Source of the DNA: a bacterium
Lineage (GTDB): Bacteria; Patescibacteriota; Patescibacteriia; UBA10025
Reading direction: 5' to 3'
Assembly: GCA_021815445.1 (NCBI GenBank)
Contig: JAKAGM010000002.1
Span: 159,511-223,510 of the forward strand
Length of the DNA: 64,000 nt
The notes under the pieces were generated by a model. That model searched no databases and was not told the DNA's origin. It was given only the letters and a program-made list of their open reading frames with translations. Every line of letters begins with the position of its first letter. Positions within the stretch are counted from its first letter, which is position 1. This document shows, piece after piece, positions 1 to 11,411 of the stretch. A program made the position numbers and the translations under genes.

Positions 1-2
1 CT

Positions 3-656
3 CGACAGATTTCGTTTTCCATTTCCGGCCGGCAGTTTACTTTGCCGTTTACCGGAGCGCACAATGTCTCCAATGCGCTCATTGCCATTGCCGCCACATC
101 AGTTCTCGGCATGTCGTTGTCTGAAGTGAGCTCAGCGCTTGCATCGAGCCGGCTGCCCGACGGCAGATTCCAAATGATCCATTCACCGCGAGGATTCACC
201 GTCGTCGTGGACTACGCGCATGAACCTGCAAGTCTTCGCGCGTCGTACGAAGCTGTCCGCTTATTCAAGCCTAAAAGAATTTTTGCCGTGTTCGGCTGTA
301 CCGGCGGTGGCCGCGACACATGGCGGAGGCCGGTGATGGGAGCGCTTGCCGCCGAATACGCCGATGTTGTTATCATCACCACAGACGATCCGTATGACGA
401 TCGGCCTGAGTCCATTATTGCCGAGGTAGCCGCCGGAGTTCGTACATACGGGAAAAAGAAATTCACTGAAGGAGAAAATCTTTTTCTTATTACCGGAAGA
501 CGTGGAGCAATCCGCAAAGCGCTGAGCGAAGCTCGTGCGGGAGATCTGGTGATGATCACCGGCAAGGGCGGCGAGAAGGTAATGGCGGTCCGTGGCGGCA
601 AGTTAATTCCTTGGGATGACTCAGAAATAGTTAGAGAAGCGTTCAAGAGCGTGTAG
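3..656 (+). CDS. murE: Mur ligase, probably MurE (5' partial)
   Basis: GRFQ..VVVDYAHEP, VFGCTGGGRD..RRPVMG, TTDDPYDD and GDLVMITGKG motifs; the frame is open to the window edge. Confidence 0.85.
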   Translation, partial: RQISFSISGRQFTLPFTGAHNVSNALIAIAATSVLGMSLSEVSSALASSRLPDGRFQMIHSPRGFTVVVDYAHEPASLRASYEAVRLFKPKRIFAVFGCTGGGRDTWRRPVMGALAAEYADVVIITTDDPYDDRPESIIAEVAAGVRTYGKKKFTEGENLFLITGRRGAIRKALSEARAGDLVMITGKGGEKVMAVRGGKLIPWDDSEIVREAFKSV

Positions 657-676
657 GTGATTGTTCCGGTAGGCGC

Positions 677-685
677 TGTGGATAA
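677..685 (+). promoter_or_regulatory. DnaA box
   Basis: TGTGGATAA is the reverse complement of the consensus TTATCCACA; intergenic, upstream of the rpoB promoter. Confidence 0.45.
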
Positions 686-782
686 CTTTGCGCGGTAAAA
701 ATCTTGGTTGAGGATAAGAATTGTTTTTATTACTAAGGTAAGCCAAATTAGTCTATTCCGTTCATCCGGCCGGATAGGAGCC

Positions 783-812
783 TTGACATATCTGTACGTT
801 TTTTGCTATGCT
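783..812 (+). promoter_or_regulatory. Sigma70-type promoter of rpoBC
   Basis: TTGACA-18-TATGCT with extended TG; leaves a ~190-nt leader. Confidence 0.65.
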
Positions 813-1009
813 CCCGACTACATAAAGTTCCTTAGGGAGTAGCGGGCTTTTAAGTCTGCTCCATTATCCCGCGGAACGCCCTGAAACATTACATGGGGTT
901 TGACGACAATTTGTAAGGTACAAACAACGGTAAAACTCTTTCCGCTCTAGTTTTTTAGAGTGCGGTGGAGCTGTTTTAATACCCTTTTTAAGATATTTTC
1001 GATTTTCGC

Positions 1010-4000
1010 ATGCCCAGCGACATTTCTCAACGAAAATATTTCACCAAAATCCACGAGGCGATACCTCTGCCGAATTTGATTGAGGTTCAACGTCACTCGT
1101 ATGATTGGTTTTTTCGCGAGGGCTTGCGGGAGCTTTTTGAGGAAATCTCTCCGACCAAAGATTTTATCGGCAGGGATTTGGAATTATATTTCCTCGATTA
1201 CTATCTTGACGAGCCGCGCTTTGACGAGCAGACAGCTCGGCAAAAAAATGTCACCTACGAGGCGCCGCTTCGCGTTGAGACCAAGCTCGTCAACAAAAAG
1301 ACCGGAGAAATTAAGGAACAGGAAATTTATCTCGGCGACTTCCCGCTCATGACTGACCGGGGGACGTTTGTCATTAACGGCATTGAGCGCGTCGTGGTCA
1401 GCCAGCTGATACGTTCAGCCGGCGTTTTTTTCACTTCCGAAATCGTTCGCGGCAGAAGACTCTACGGTGCGAAAATTATTCCCAACCGCGGCGCCTGGCT
1501 CGAGATTGAAACCGATTCCAATAACGTCATCACCGTGAAAGTGGACAGGAAACGGAAAGTGGCCATCACGGCGCTGATGCGCGCTTTCGGCTACGGATCA
1601 AATGAAGAGATCAAGGAATTATTCAAAGAAGTCGACACCCACCCTGACAACAGATACATCGAGAGCACCATTAACAAAGATATTTCCCGCAGCGAAGCGG
1701 AAGGGCTCCAGGAAGTCTACAAGCGCGTCCGTCCGGGAGACTTGGCGACTATCGATAATGCCCGCGAGTTGATTTACAAAATGTTTTTTAGTTTTGACAG
1801 GTACGATTTCGGCCGTGTGGGCCGGTACAAGCTCAATCAGCGGTTCAAATTTGATTTCCCAAACACGAAAGAATATCGCGTGCTCCAAAAGGAGGATGTC
1901 GTCGCGATAGTCAAAGAAGTGATACATCTTAATAATGAGCAGAAGGAAGCTGATGATATCGATCACCTCGGCAACCGCCGCGTCCGCGCCATAGGCGAAC
2001 TCGTACAGAACAAGTTCCGTGTCGGACTTGCCCGCATGGAGCGCATTATCAAGGATCGCATGTCCACGCTGGATATCGCAACTCTGACGCCAAACCAGCT
2101 GATCAATGCCCGGCCGGTCATCGGGTCGGTCAAAGAATTCTTTATGTCCTCCCAGCTTTCCCAGTTCATGGATCAGACGAACCCGCTGGCCGAGCTCGAA
2201 CATAAACGCCGCCTCTCAGCTATGGGACCCGGTGGCTTGTCCCGGGAACGCGCAGGTTTCGATGTCCGTGACGTCCACCGGACCCACTACGGGAGAATTT
2301 GTCCCATTGCTACTCCCGAAGGACCGAACATCGGCCTCGTCGGCCACCTCGCTTCGTACGCCCGTATCAACGATTTCGGCTTTATCGAGACTCCATATCG
2401 CAAAGTACTTCATGATATTGATAACAGCGCGAAAAAGACCGAGGGTGAGATACTCCGGGAAGACATCAAGGATAAAGATACTGTAGTAGTTGCGAAAGCA
2501 GGCGAGAAAATCACTAAGCAAGTCGCGGCCGCGCTCGAAGCCATCCATGACCTTAAAACAATTCCTATCAAACCCCGCGTGACAGCTGAGGTAGTCTTTC
2601 TCGATGCATTCATGGAAGAGCAAAGTATTACCACTGCTGCTACGACAGCTCTCGATGAGCAAGGATATTTTGTAAAGGAGCGCGCTGAGGTGCGCGAACA
2701 CGGGGAACCGACGGTAGATTACGTATGGAAAATTGATTACATGGATGTATCGCCGAAGCAAATTGTCAGCGTCACAACTTCGCTTATTCCGTTTTTGGAA
2801 CACGATGATGCCGTGCGCGCGTTGATGGGCACCAATATGCAGCGCCAGGCGGTCTCCTGTGTGACGCCGCAGTCGCCCATCGTGGGAACAGGCGTCGAAG
2901 GCAGGTCAGCACAAGACTCCGGACATGTCGTCGTCGCGCTGGAAGGGGGAGTGGTTTCAGCCCTGCATTCCGAAAGGATTGAGATTGTAGAAGACAGCGG
3001 GAAAACACGTACGTACAATCTCGGGAAGTTCGTCCGATCAAACGCTTCTACCTGCATGAATCAGCGGCCCACAGTTCACAAGGGCCAGAAGATTGCCAAA
3101 GGCGATCCGATAGCTGACGGTGCAGCATGCGACAAAGGTGAGCTGGCACTCGGCCAAAACGTTCTCGTTGCGTTCATGCCATGGGAAGGCGGAAATTACG
3201 AAGACGCCATTTTGATTTCCTCACGTCTCGTGGAGCAGGACAGATACACCTCGATCCATATCGAAGATTATGTCGTTGACGTGCGTGATACCAAGCTTGG
3301 TCCCGAGGTCGTGACGCGTGATATCCCGAATATTGGTGAAGAAAAATTAAAGAACCTCGATGAAGAAGGGGTGGTGATGATAGGCGCGGAGGTAAAAAGC
3401 GGCGATATTCTGGTGGGTAAAATCACTCCAAAAGGCGAGACCGAGCTTTCTGCAGAAGAAAAACTTCTGCGGGCTATCTTTGGTGAAAAAGCAAAAGACG
3501 TCAAAGACAGCTCTCTCTACCTCGAACACGGTGAACATGGAAAAGTCGTCAACATACGAATATTCTCCCGTGAGAGCGGAGATAAGCTTCCCTCGGGAGT
3601 TTCGAAATCTATTCAAGTGTCAGTAGCCCAGTTGAGAAAAATCCAGGTCGGCGACAAAATGGCCGGCCGCCACGGGAATAAGGGTGTTATTTCGCGCATC
3701 GTCGCCATCGAAGATATGCCCTACATGGCAGACGGAACTCCGGTTGATATTATCCTGAATCCGCTCGGTGTCGCCTCTCGTATGAACTTGGGCCAAATTC
3801 TCGAGACCCACCTCGGTCTTGCCGCGCAGAAACTCGGATATCGCGTTGCCAGCCCGGCTCTCGATGGCGTCTCAGAAGAGATTATTAAAGAGGAACTCAA
3901 ACGCGCAGGGTATCCCGAAGACGGAAAAATCCGTCTGATCGACGGACGCTCGGGCCAGCCTTTCGACAACAAAGCGACTGTCGGATACATTTACATGCTG

Positions 4001-4405
4001 AAGTTGAATCATCTCGTGGAGGACAAAATCCACATGCGTTCTATCGGCCCTTACTCGCTTGTAACCCAACAGCCGCTCGGCGGTAAAGCCCAGTTCGGCG
4101 GACAGAGATTCGGAGAAATGGAAGTCTGGGCGCTCGAAGCGTACGGTGCCGCGTATACTCTCCAAGAAATGTTGACGATTAAATCAGACGATGTGCCCGG
4201 CAGGTCAAAAGCATACGAGGCGATCATTAAAGGAGAGCCGATCCGCAAGATTAATATCCCGGAATCATTTAACGTTTTGGTTCGCGAGCTTAAAGGGCTT
4301 TGCCTTGACGTCGAGCTCATCAGTAAAACTCCGGATGGTGAAATTACCGTAGCATCTCCGGAAGTCTCGGACCAGCTTATTGTTCCTGTAAAAAAGCCCG
4401 CATAA
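1010..4405 (+). CDS. rpoB: RNA polymerase beta subunit
   Basis: [40 protein letters not shown]. Confidence 0.99.
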   Translation: MPSDISQRKYFTKIHEAIPLPNLIEVQRHSYDWFFREGLRELFEEISPTKDFIGRDLELYFLDYYLDEPRFDEQTARQKNVTYEAPLRVETKLVNKKTGEIKEQEIYLGDFPLMTDRGTFVINGIERVVVSQLIRSAGVFFTSEIVRGRRLYGAKIIPNRGAWLEIETDSNNVITVKVDRKRKVAITALMRAFGYGSNEEIKELFKEVDTHPDNRYIESTINKDISRSEAEGLQEVYKRVRPGDLATIDNARELIYKMFFSFDRYDFGRVGRYKLNQRFKFDFPNTKEYRVLQKEDVVAIVKEVIHLNNEQKEADDIDHLGNRRVRAIGELVQNKFRVGLARMERIIKDRMSTLDIATLTPNQLINARPVIGSVKEFFMSSQLSQFMDQTNPLAELEHKRRLSAMGPGGLSRERAGFDVRDVHRTHYGRICPIATPEGPNIGLVGHLASYARINDFGFIETPYRKVLHDIDNSAKKTEGEILREDIKDKDTVVVAKAGEKITKQVAAALEAIHDLKTIPIKPRVTAEVVFLDAFMEEQSITTAATTALDEQGYFVKERAEVREHGEPTVDYVWKIDYMDVSPKQIVSVTTSLIPFLEHDDAVRALMGTNMQRQAVSCVTPQSPIVGTGVEGRSAQDSGHVVVALEGGVVSALHSERIEIVEDSGKTRTYNLGKFVRSNASTCMNQRPTVHKGQKIAKGDPIADGAACDKGELALGQNVLVAFMPWEGGNYEDAILISSRLVEQDRYTSIHIEDYVVDVRDTKLGPEVVTRDIPNIGEEKLKNLDEEGVVMIGAEVKSGDILVGKITPKGETELSAEEKLLRAIFGEKAKDVKDSSLYLEHGEHGKVVNIRIFSRESGDKLPSGVSKSIQVSVAQLRKIQVGDKMAGRHGNKGVISRIVAIEDMPYMADGTPVDIILNPLGVASRMNLGQILETHLGLAAQKLGYRVASPALDGVSEEIIKEELKRAGYPEDGKIRLIDGRSGQPFDNKATVGYIYMLKLNHLVEDKIHMRSIGPYSLVTQQPLGGKAQFGGQRFGEMEVWALEAYGAAYTLQEMLTIKSDDVPGRSKAYEAIIKGEPIRKINIPESFNVLVRELKGLCLDVELISKTPDGEITVASPEVSDQLIVPVKKPA

Positions 4406-4408
4406 CCT

Positions 4409-7400
4409 ATGATCCAAGAAACCCCACAACTCGAATTCTCCGCAATACGCCTCAGACTCGCTTCGCCAGAGACGCTTCTGGGCTGGTCTCATGGGGAAGT
4501 CCTAAAACCCGAGACGGTAAACTATCGCACTCAAAAGCCCGAAAAAGACGGGTTGTTCTGTGAAAGAATTTTTGGGCCGACGAAAGATTGGGAATGCTAT
4601 TGCGGCAAGTATAAAAAAATCCGCTACAAGGGCATCGTATGTGACAAATGCGGCGTGGAGGTCACGCGCAGCATAGTCCGCAGGGAACGCATGGGCCACA
4701 TTAAGCTTGCTTCGCCGGTCACCCACATCTGGTTCTTGCGCGGGATCCCATCGAAAATAGGCATGGTGCTCGACCTTTCTATACAGGATCTCGAGAAGGT
4801 GATATATTTCGCCAGTTTTGTCATTACCAAAGTTGATGACACGATGCGCAAAGAAACATTGCAGCAGCTTGACATGGAATTCGCGTCGAAAAAGAAGTCT
4901 ATAGAAGCTGACTTTAGTAAACAGGTAAGCGAGATCAAACAGCGCAAATTGTCTGAGGTGCAAAAAGCGTCGACAGACGGAGAACGCAAAAAATTGGAGA
5001 CCGAGCAGACAGAAGAGCTCGCGGCAAATTCGGCGTTCCGCGAGGAAAAACTCAAGAGTCTTAAAGAAGCCGTTGATATCGCGAAACATGAGCTTGAAGA
5101 CCTCAAACCCATGAGGATTATATCCGAGCAAATATACCAGGATCTTTCATTAAAATACGGGCATGTATTCGAAGCCAGCATTGGAGCTGATGCAATCCGA
5201 CAGCTTCTTTCTGAAATTGATCTCGGCAAAAAGATTAAAGAACTCGAAGAGGAGCTCTTGACTGCGCCTGAGAACCGCAAGCGCCGCGTCATCCGTCTCT
5301 TAAAACTTCTCAAGAATTTCGAAGTCAACCACATACGTCCGGAGCACATGATTCTGACGGTTATTCCGGTCATTCCGCCGGATCTTAGGCCTATGGTCCA
5401 GCTCGACGGCGGGCGTTTTGCCGCCTCTGACCTTAATGACCTGTATCGCCGGGTCATCAACCGTAACAACAGGTTAAAACGGCTTCTCGAGCTCAATGCC
5501 CCCGAAGTGATTTGTCGCAATGAGCGCCGCATGCTACAGGAAGCTGTCGATGCGCTTATCGACAATAACGCCAGGCACGGAAAGACCGTCACCGCATCCA
5601 CAGGCCAGAAACGCATGCTCAAATCAATCGCTGATATTCTCAAGGGGAAACAGGGGCGTTTCCGCCAAAACCTGCTCGGGAAGCGCGTCGACTATTCCGG
5701 CCGCTCAGTCATCGTCGTCGGCCCCCACCTGAAACTCAATGAGTGCGGGCTTCCAAAGACCATGGCACTGGAGCTTTTCAAACCTTTCATTATTTCAAAA
5801 CTCATCCAACGCGAGCTTGTCCATAATGTCCGAAGCGCATCGAGATTCATCGAAAGCGAACGCCCGGAGGTGTGGGATATCTTGGAAGAAGTGACGCTCG
5901 GATCGCATGTCCTGCTCAACCGCGCCCCGACGCTGCACCGCCTCGGCATCCAGGCATTTACCCCGGTGCTGATTGAAGGTAAGGCAATACAGATCCACCC
6001 GTTGGTGTGCCCGGCGTTCAATGCAGACTTCGACGGAGATCAGATGGCTGTCCACGTCCCGCTGACAGAAAAAGCAAAATGGGAGGCCAAGGAGATCATG
6101 CTGTCGACGAAAAACCTCCTCAAACCGGCTACAGGCAAACCGGTAGTTTCTCCGTCCCAGGACATTGTCCTTGGCTGTTACTATCTCACCTCAATGGCAC
6201 CCCGTGACCCGGAGAAGCGCATCCGCCTGTGTTCGTCTACCGACGAGGCGCTCACGGCGTTTCACCAAGGCGTCATCGGCGTCCAAGAAGCAATACGGGC
6301 CAAGGTGGGTACCAAGGTCATTGAAACGACTGTAGGACGTATCATTTTTAATTCCATTCTGCCAGAGGAACTCGGATTCCTCAACGAGACAATGGATAAA
6401 AAGCGCCTGTCGGAAGCTGTCAGTCTTTCTCTCGTGCGATTCGGCTCGGATAGAACTGTAGAACTTCTCGATAAGATTAAGGATACTAGCTTCTCCTACC
6501 TCACAAGGTCGGGTATAAGCTGGGGCATGGACGATTTGACTCTGCCGGCAAAGAAAAAGGAAGTGATAGCTGAAGCGCAGAAAAAAATTGACGAGATCCA
6601 GTCGCACTACGAATCCGGCCTGCTCACCAATGAAGAGCGGCACAGCAAGGTGATAGAAATCTGGGCGCAGGTGAAAGACGACATACAGAAGATGAGCAAG
6701 CAGTCGCTGAGCAAAGAAGGCCCGGTGTACGCCATGATAGAGTCAGGGTCACGCGGTTCGTGGGCTCAGATCACCCAAATGATGGGCATGAAAGGACTCG
6801 TGACTAACCCCGCCGGCGATACTATCGAACTGCCGGTCTTGGGAAGTTTTAAAGAAGGTTTTGACGTGCTGGAATATTTCATCTCAACCCACGGCGCGCG
6901 AAAAGGCCTTTCTGACACTGCGCTTCGAACCGCCAATGCGGGATATCTGACCCGTCGCCTTGTTGATGTTGCCCAGGATGTCGTGATCACTGAGGTAGAT
7001 TGCGGCGATACGGAAGGATTCGTCACCACCCAGAAAGAAAGCGTAGAAATGGACGAGACGCTCTTTAACCGCATTGTCGGCCGCGTGCTTGTGGAGGATA
7101 TCACTCATCCTAAGACTCGCAAGGTAATTCTGAAAGCTGGCGAGCTTATTTCCGATGAACATCGTGCAGCTATCGAAAAGGCTGCCCCTGCATCCGTCAC
7201 CGTGCGTTCCGTCGTCACCTGCAAGGCAACCTACGGATTATGCCAAACGTGTTACGGATTCGATCTGGGATTCAACGCCGTAGTCAAACTCGGCACCGCT
7301 GTCGGGATTATTGCAGCGCAGAGCATCGGAGAACCCGGCACCCAGCTGACAATGCGCACCTTCCACACGGGCGGTGTCGCCGGAAAAGATATCACTCAAG

Positions 7401-8290
7401 GTCTCCCGCGAGTCGAAGAACTTTTTGAAGCGCGGCCGGTGAAGCGTCCGTCGGTTATCTCCGACTATGACGGCCAGATCACAATCGGTGAAGGGGAAGA
7501 TAAACAGCGCGTCATCGAACTTTCATATCGCGACGTGTCGAACGTGTCGTACACATTCCCCGTAGGAAAGAAGAAGCTGACGCTCAAGGTAAAAAACAAG
7601 CAAAAAGTTGCCAAGGATGACGAGCTCTTTACCGTCGGTGAGCATGCGACGACAGCGACATCAGCAGGTGTCGTCCACCTCACGGATGACGGGATTGAAA
7701 TCATCAGCGAAGGGGATAAGAAGAAGGAGTATACTATTCCCGCCGACCGCTTTATCATCGTCAAAAATGGCGACCTTGTGACCAAAGGCCAGCCGCTCAC
7801 CGAGGGAAGTCTCGATCTCCACCAGCTGTATTATCTCAAGGGGCAGGAAGCCGTGCAAAAGTATATCATGAAAGAGATCCAGTATATCTACTCATCGCAG
7901 GGCCAAAAGCTGAACGACAAGCACATAGAAACTATTGTCCGACAGATGTTTTCCCGGGTCTATATCAAGGAAGCCAACGACACGCTATTTTTCCCGGGCG
8001 AAGTTGTGGAGCGCGGGCAATTCGTCGCCGCGAACAAAATAGCCGTCAAAGAAAAGAAAACTCCTGCGGAAGGCGACGTGCTTCTCTTAGGGCTGACAAA
8101 AGCTTCATTATCCATCGACAGCTTTCTCTCCGCGGCATCTTTCCAAGAGACTGCCCGTGTCCTCATTGATGCGGCAGTATCCGGTAAGGTAGATAACCTT
8201 CGCGGCTTGAAAGAAAATGTGATTATCGGAAAACTCATTCCGGCTGGCACGGGTTTTCACGCTGATAAGAGCAAAGACGAGGACGCGTAG
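4409..8290 (+). CDS. rpoC: RNA polymerase beta' subunit
   Basis: NADFDGDQM catalytic motif, N-terminal Zn finger, GEPGTQLTMRTFH. Confidence 0.99.
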   Translation: MIQETPQLEFSAIRLRLASPETLLGWSHGEVLKPETVNYRTQKPEKDGLFCERIFGPTKDWECYCGKYKKIRYKGIVCDKCGVEVTRSIVRRERMGHIKLASPVTHIWFLRGIPSKIGMVLDLSIQDLEKVIYFASFVITKVDDTMRKETLQQLDMEFASKKKSIEADFSKQVSEIKQRKLSEVQKASTDGERKKLETEQTEELAANSAFREEKLKSLKEAVDIAKHELEDLKPMRIISEQIYQDLSLKYGHVFEASIGADAIRQLLSEIDLGKKIKELEEELLTAPENRKRRVIRLLKLLKNFEVNHIRPEHMILTVIPVIPPDLRPMVQLDGGRFAASDLNDLYRRVINRNNRLKRLLELNAPEVICRNERRMLQEAVDALIDNNARHGKTVTASTGQKRMLKSIADILKGKQGRFRQNLLGKRVDYSGRSVIVVGPHLKLNECGLPKTMALELFKPFIISKLIQRELVHNVRSASRFIESERPEVWDILEEVTLGSHVLLNRAPTLHRLGIQAFTPVLIEGKAIQIHPLVCPAFNADFDGDQMAVHVPLTEKAKWEAKEIMLSTKNLLKPATGKPVVSPSQDIVLGCYYLTSMAPRDPEKRIRLCSSTDEALTAFHQGVIGVQEAIRAKVGTKVIETTVGRIIFNSILPEELGFLNETMDKKRLSEAVSLSLVRFGSDRTVELLDKIKDTSFSYLTRSGISWGMDDLTLPAKKKEVIAEAQKKIDEIQSHYESGLLTNEERHSKVIEIWAQVKDDIQKMSKQSLSKEGPVYAMIESGSRGSWAQITQMMGMKGLVTNPAGDTIELPVLGSFKEGFDVLEYFISTHGARKGLSDTALRTANAGYLTRRLVDVAQDVVITEVDCGDTEGFVTTQKESVEMDETLFNRIVGRVLVEDITHPKTRKVILKAGELISDEHRAAIEKAAPASVTVRSVVTCKATYGLCQTCYGFDLGFNAVVKLGTAVGIIAAQSIGEPGTQLTMRTFHTGGVAGKDITQGLPRVEELFEARPVKRPSVISDYDGQITIGEGEDKQRVIELSYRDVSNVSYTFPVGKKKLTLKVKNKQKVAKDDELFTVGEHATTATSAGVVHLTDDGIEIISEGDKKKEYTIPADRFIIVKNGDLVTKGQPLTEGSLDLHQLYYLKGQEAVQKYIMKEIQYIYSSQGQKLNDKHIETIVRQMFSRVYIKEANDTLFFPGEVVERGQFVAANKIAVKEKKTPAEGDVLLLGLTKASLSIDSFLSAASFQETARVLIDAAVSGKVDNLRGLKENVIIGKLIPAGTGFHADKSKDEDA

Positions 8291-8426
8291 TTTTCCAAGG
8301 CGAATTTTCACTGCTTTCACGCTTCCTGCGAGCAAAAGGAAACTAGTTGTTTTTTTGCCTGCTGCCCCAGTTTTTCATTGATTTTGCGGGTTTTTTGTGG
8401 TATCCTTTAGAGTACGAAATGCATAT

Positions 8427-10673
8427 ATGCCCCCCTCGTTAACACCAAAACAACAGCGACGTTTGCTTGAACGGGCACGGCGCGAGGAACGCGCAAAAGA
8501 ACGTAGGCCGCGTCTCCGGCAAGAGACTAAGCATGGCATAGTCGTCATTGCTTTGTTTGTCGTTGCTGCGATTTGCCTTCTGAGTCTTGTTGACCTCGCA
8601 GGGGGTGCCGGGATTGCCGTTAAGCATGCGCTGCGACTTTTATTCGGGATCCCGATAATTCTCGCGCCGCTCCTTCTTATTCTCATGGGGTATCTGCTCG
8701 CTCAACCCCAAAAGTATGCGCTTCGTTTCTCCCATTATTTCGGCGTACTTCTCTTTCTGCTTTCAGTCAACGGCATATTTCATCTCTTTGTTCCCCTGCA
8801 GGACGCAGCCAGCGTGCTTGGACAGGCGCGAGGCGGGGGTTACGCTGGCTTGGTGCTCTCGTATCCGCTCCAGAAAATACTCGGACCCTGGGCAACCGGC
8901 GCCGTGCTTATCGGCCTTTTTATTATTTCCCTCCTTTTGACTTTCGACACCTCTCTCACGACACTCGTTGAACGCGGTACGATACTCCAGCGTTTCGTCG
9001 GACGTTTCCGGGGGTTCATTTCGCGCATTCGAAATAATATTAATTCGCGCGGGGTTCCTGAGACGCTCGAGTCCGCCGAGTCATCTTTTAGCCGCCAGGC
9101 GATCGGGCATCATGAGGAAAACATTTCGCCGCAAACGCGAGACGCTACGGGAAAGTCCGCGGAGACCCCTGTCCAGGGTTCGCAGATGAAGATGTTCCCT
9201 GAGCTCAAAAAAGTCAAACGTACTATAGCTATCCCCCTCGATTTGCTTCAGGAAAACGGAAATAAGCCCGTCAGCGGGGATATCGAAGCGAACAAAGAGC
9301 GCATACATACCACGCTCGCGAATTTCGGCATTCCTGTCGAGATGGGCGAAGTGAATGTGGGTCCGACAGTCACCCAATTTACGCTCAAGCCCGCCGAAGG
9401 GGTAAAACTCGCTCAGCTCACGACGCTGTCCAATGATCTCGCGCTTGCGCTTGCCGCGCATCCGATCCGCATCGAAGCGCCTATTCCGGGCAAAGCGCTC
9501 GTGGGTATCGAGGTCCCGAATACTACAATTGCGACGGTCAAATTACGCCAGATATTGGCAAGCCAGGAATTCAAAAAACGCAAAAGCAATCTTTCCGTCG
9601 CCCTCGGTCTCGATGTGGCGGGGAAGCCGTGGATAGCCGATCTCGATACTATGCCCCATCTGCTCATTGCAGGCGCCACAGGTTCCGGAAAGTCCGTGTG
9701 CATAAACTCGATTATTATCAGCCTGCTCTACCAGAATTCTCCTGACGAACTCAAACTGATTTTGGTGGACCCCAAGCGCGTGGAGATGCCCGTCTACAAT
9801 GACATCCCCTATCTTTTGACTCCGGTGGTCACGCAGGTAGATAAAACTATCAACGCGCTTCGGTGGGTAGTGGCGGAGATGGACAGGAGATTTGACCTGC
9901 TCTCCAAGGTCGGGAAACGGAATATCCATGAGTACAACCACGATCCGGTATCTGACCCGCTGCCCTATATTGTCGTGGTGATAGACGAACTTGCCGATCT
10001 CATGGCTGTCGCGATGAACGAAGTTGAAGGGGCAATTATCCGTCTGGCGCAGATGGCGCGGGCCGTAGGCATCCACCTGGTCGTCGCGACACAGCGACCG
10101 TCGGTGGACGTCATCACCGGCCTTATCAAAGCGAATATCACATCTCGCGTCGCATTTACCGTCGCCTCTGTCGTCGATTCCCGCACTATCCTCGATGTGA
10201 GCGGCGCCGAAAAGCTTCTCGGAAAGGGCGACATGCTTTTTGTTACCGCCCAGCTCTCTAAGCCCCGGCGGTTGCAGGGCGTGTACGTTGATAACGAGGA
10301 AATAGAGCGGGTAGCGGCTTTTGTCCGTGAGCGGGGCAAACCTGATTACCATCCTGAAGTGGTAGAGAAAGCTGTCATCGACGAAGGATTGGCGGGAAGC
10401 TTCGAAGATCTGGGTGACGACGAATTGCTGGCACAGGCAAAAGAACTCGTCATAAAGTCGGGAAAAGCTTCGGCGTCACTTCTCCAGCGCCGCCTGCGTG
10501 TGGGGTATGCGCGCGCCGCGCGGTTGCTCGACCTTTTGGAAGAGCAGGGAATTATCGGCCCCGGTGACGGGGCAAAGCCGCGTGAAATTCTTGTCGCACG
10601 GCCGCAAGACACGGCTGGACCTGAAGAAAGCGAGGAGCAGGTAGAAGATGGTGAGGACCAGACGTATGGGTGA
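8427..10673 (+). CDS. ftsK: DNA translocase FtsK/SpoIIIE
   Basis: N-terminal TM helices, PHLLIAGATGSGKS, ATQRPSVDVITG, gamma domain LQRRLRVGYARAAR; ATG 8427 preferred as start. Confidence 0.97.
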   Translation: MPPSLTPKQQRRLLERARREERAKERRPRLRQETKHGIVVIALFVVAAICLLSLVDLAGGAGIAVKHALRLLFGIPIILAPLLLILMGYLLAQPQKYALRFSHYFGVLLFLLSVNGIFHLFVPLQDAASVLGQARGGGYAGLVLSYPLQKILGPWATGAVLIGLFIISLLLTFDTSLTTLVERGTILQRFVGRFRGFISRIRNNINSRGVPETLESAESSFSRQAIGHHEENISPQTRDATGKSAETPVQGSQMKMFPELKKVKRTIAIPLDLLQENGNKPVSGDIEANKERIHTTLANFGIPVEMGEVNVGPTVTQFTLKPAEGVKLAQLTTLSNDLALALAAHPIRIEAPIPGKALVGIEVPNTTIATVKLRQILASQEFKKRKSNLSVALGLDVAGKPWIADLDTMPHLLIAGATGSGKSVCINSIIISLLYQNSPDELKLILVDPKRVEMPVYNDIPYLLTPVVTQVDKTINALRWVVAEMDRRFDLLSKVGKRNIHEYNHDPVSDPLPYIVVVIDELADLMAVAMNEVEGAIIRLAQMARAVGIHLVVATQRPSVDVITGLIKANITSRVAFTVASVVDSRTILDVSGAEKLLGKGDMLFVTAQLSKPRRLQGVYVDNEEIERVAAFVRERGKPDYHPEVVEKAVIDEGLAGSFEDLGDDELLAQAKELVIKSGKASASLLQRRLRVGYARAARLLDLLEEQGIIGPGDGAKPREILVARPQDTAGPEESEEQVEDGEDQTYG

Positions 10674-11355
10674 TTTTACTTCGAAGAGCTTGCGGGGACA
10701 CGGCACACTCGGAGAAAGGCTGAGAAAGGTACGGGAGGAACGCGGGGAAGAGTTATCATCCATTGCCGAGTCTCTCCAGATTCAGAGCAAATATCTTGAT
10801 GCACTGGAATGCGGAAGGTACCTTGATCTTCCCGGAGATGTCTATGTCACCAGCTTTCTCAAACGGTATGCGGAACACCTCAAAGTAAACACAAAAACAG
10901 TGCTTCACCTGTACCAACGGGAGCGTCAGGTGTACCAGCCGCAGCAGGATAAACAAGCGCGGGAAGCCCTAGAAAAAGACAAGAGAATGCCGCGAGTGGT
11001 GCTGACGCCTCGGATGTTGCGGCGAAGCGTTGTAGCCCTTATCCTCCTCCTCATACTGCTCTATCTGGGAATCGAGGCCAAGCGTATTGTTTCTCCGCCT
11101 GTACTACTCATCACCTCGCCCGCGGGAGACATCAAAACCACCGACCGGGCAATAACGATAGTCGGCAAAACTGAGCCCGAGGCTTCCGTCTCCATCAACG
11201 GGGAGGCCATCATCCCAAAAAGCACGGGAGAATTTTCTGAAGAAATCCAGCTGACCGAGGGTTTAAACACCATAATCATTACCGCGAAAAAAACCCACAG
11301 CGCCGAGCAGCGCGTACAGCGCAATATCCTGGTTGAAAAACTGCCTGCCGGGTGA
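10666..11355 (+). CDS. RodZ-like HTH membrane protein with C-terminal Ig-like domain
   Basis: LGERLRKVRE...YLDALECG.Y..LPGDVY...FLKRYA HTH, one TM helix, beta-rich C-terminus; follows ftsK. Confidence 0.8.
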   Translation: MGDFTSKSLRGHGTLGERLRKVREERGEELSSIAESLQIQSKYLDALECGRYLDLPGDVYVTSFLKRYAEHLKVNTKTVLHLYQRERQVYQPQQDKQAREALEKDKRMPRVVLTPRMLRRSVVALILLLILLYLGIEAKRIVSPPVLLITSPAGDIKTTDRAITIVGKTEPEASVSINGEAIIPKSTGEFSEEIQLTEGLNTIIITAKKTHSAEQRVQRNILVEKLPAG

Positions 11356-11411
11356 TACGCTGTCAGTAGTCCCGTATGCACTTTCCCCTTAATTTTTATT
11401 GATCAACACCT

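Noticed and set aside
657-780. Replication origin
   Set aside because: Only one perfect DnaA box and no dnaA/dnaN nearby.
4820-5110. Charged coiled-coil insertion in RpoC as a possible intein or novelty
   Set aside because: No intein terminal residues or motifs; lineage-specific beta' insertions at this position are known.
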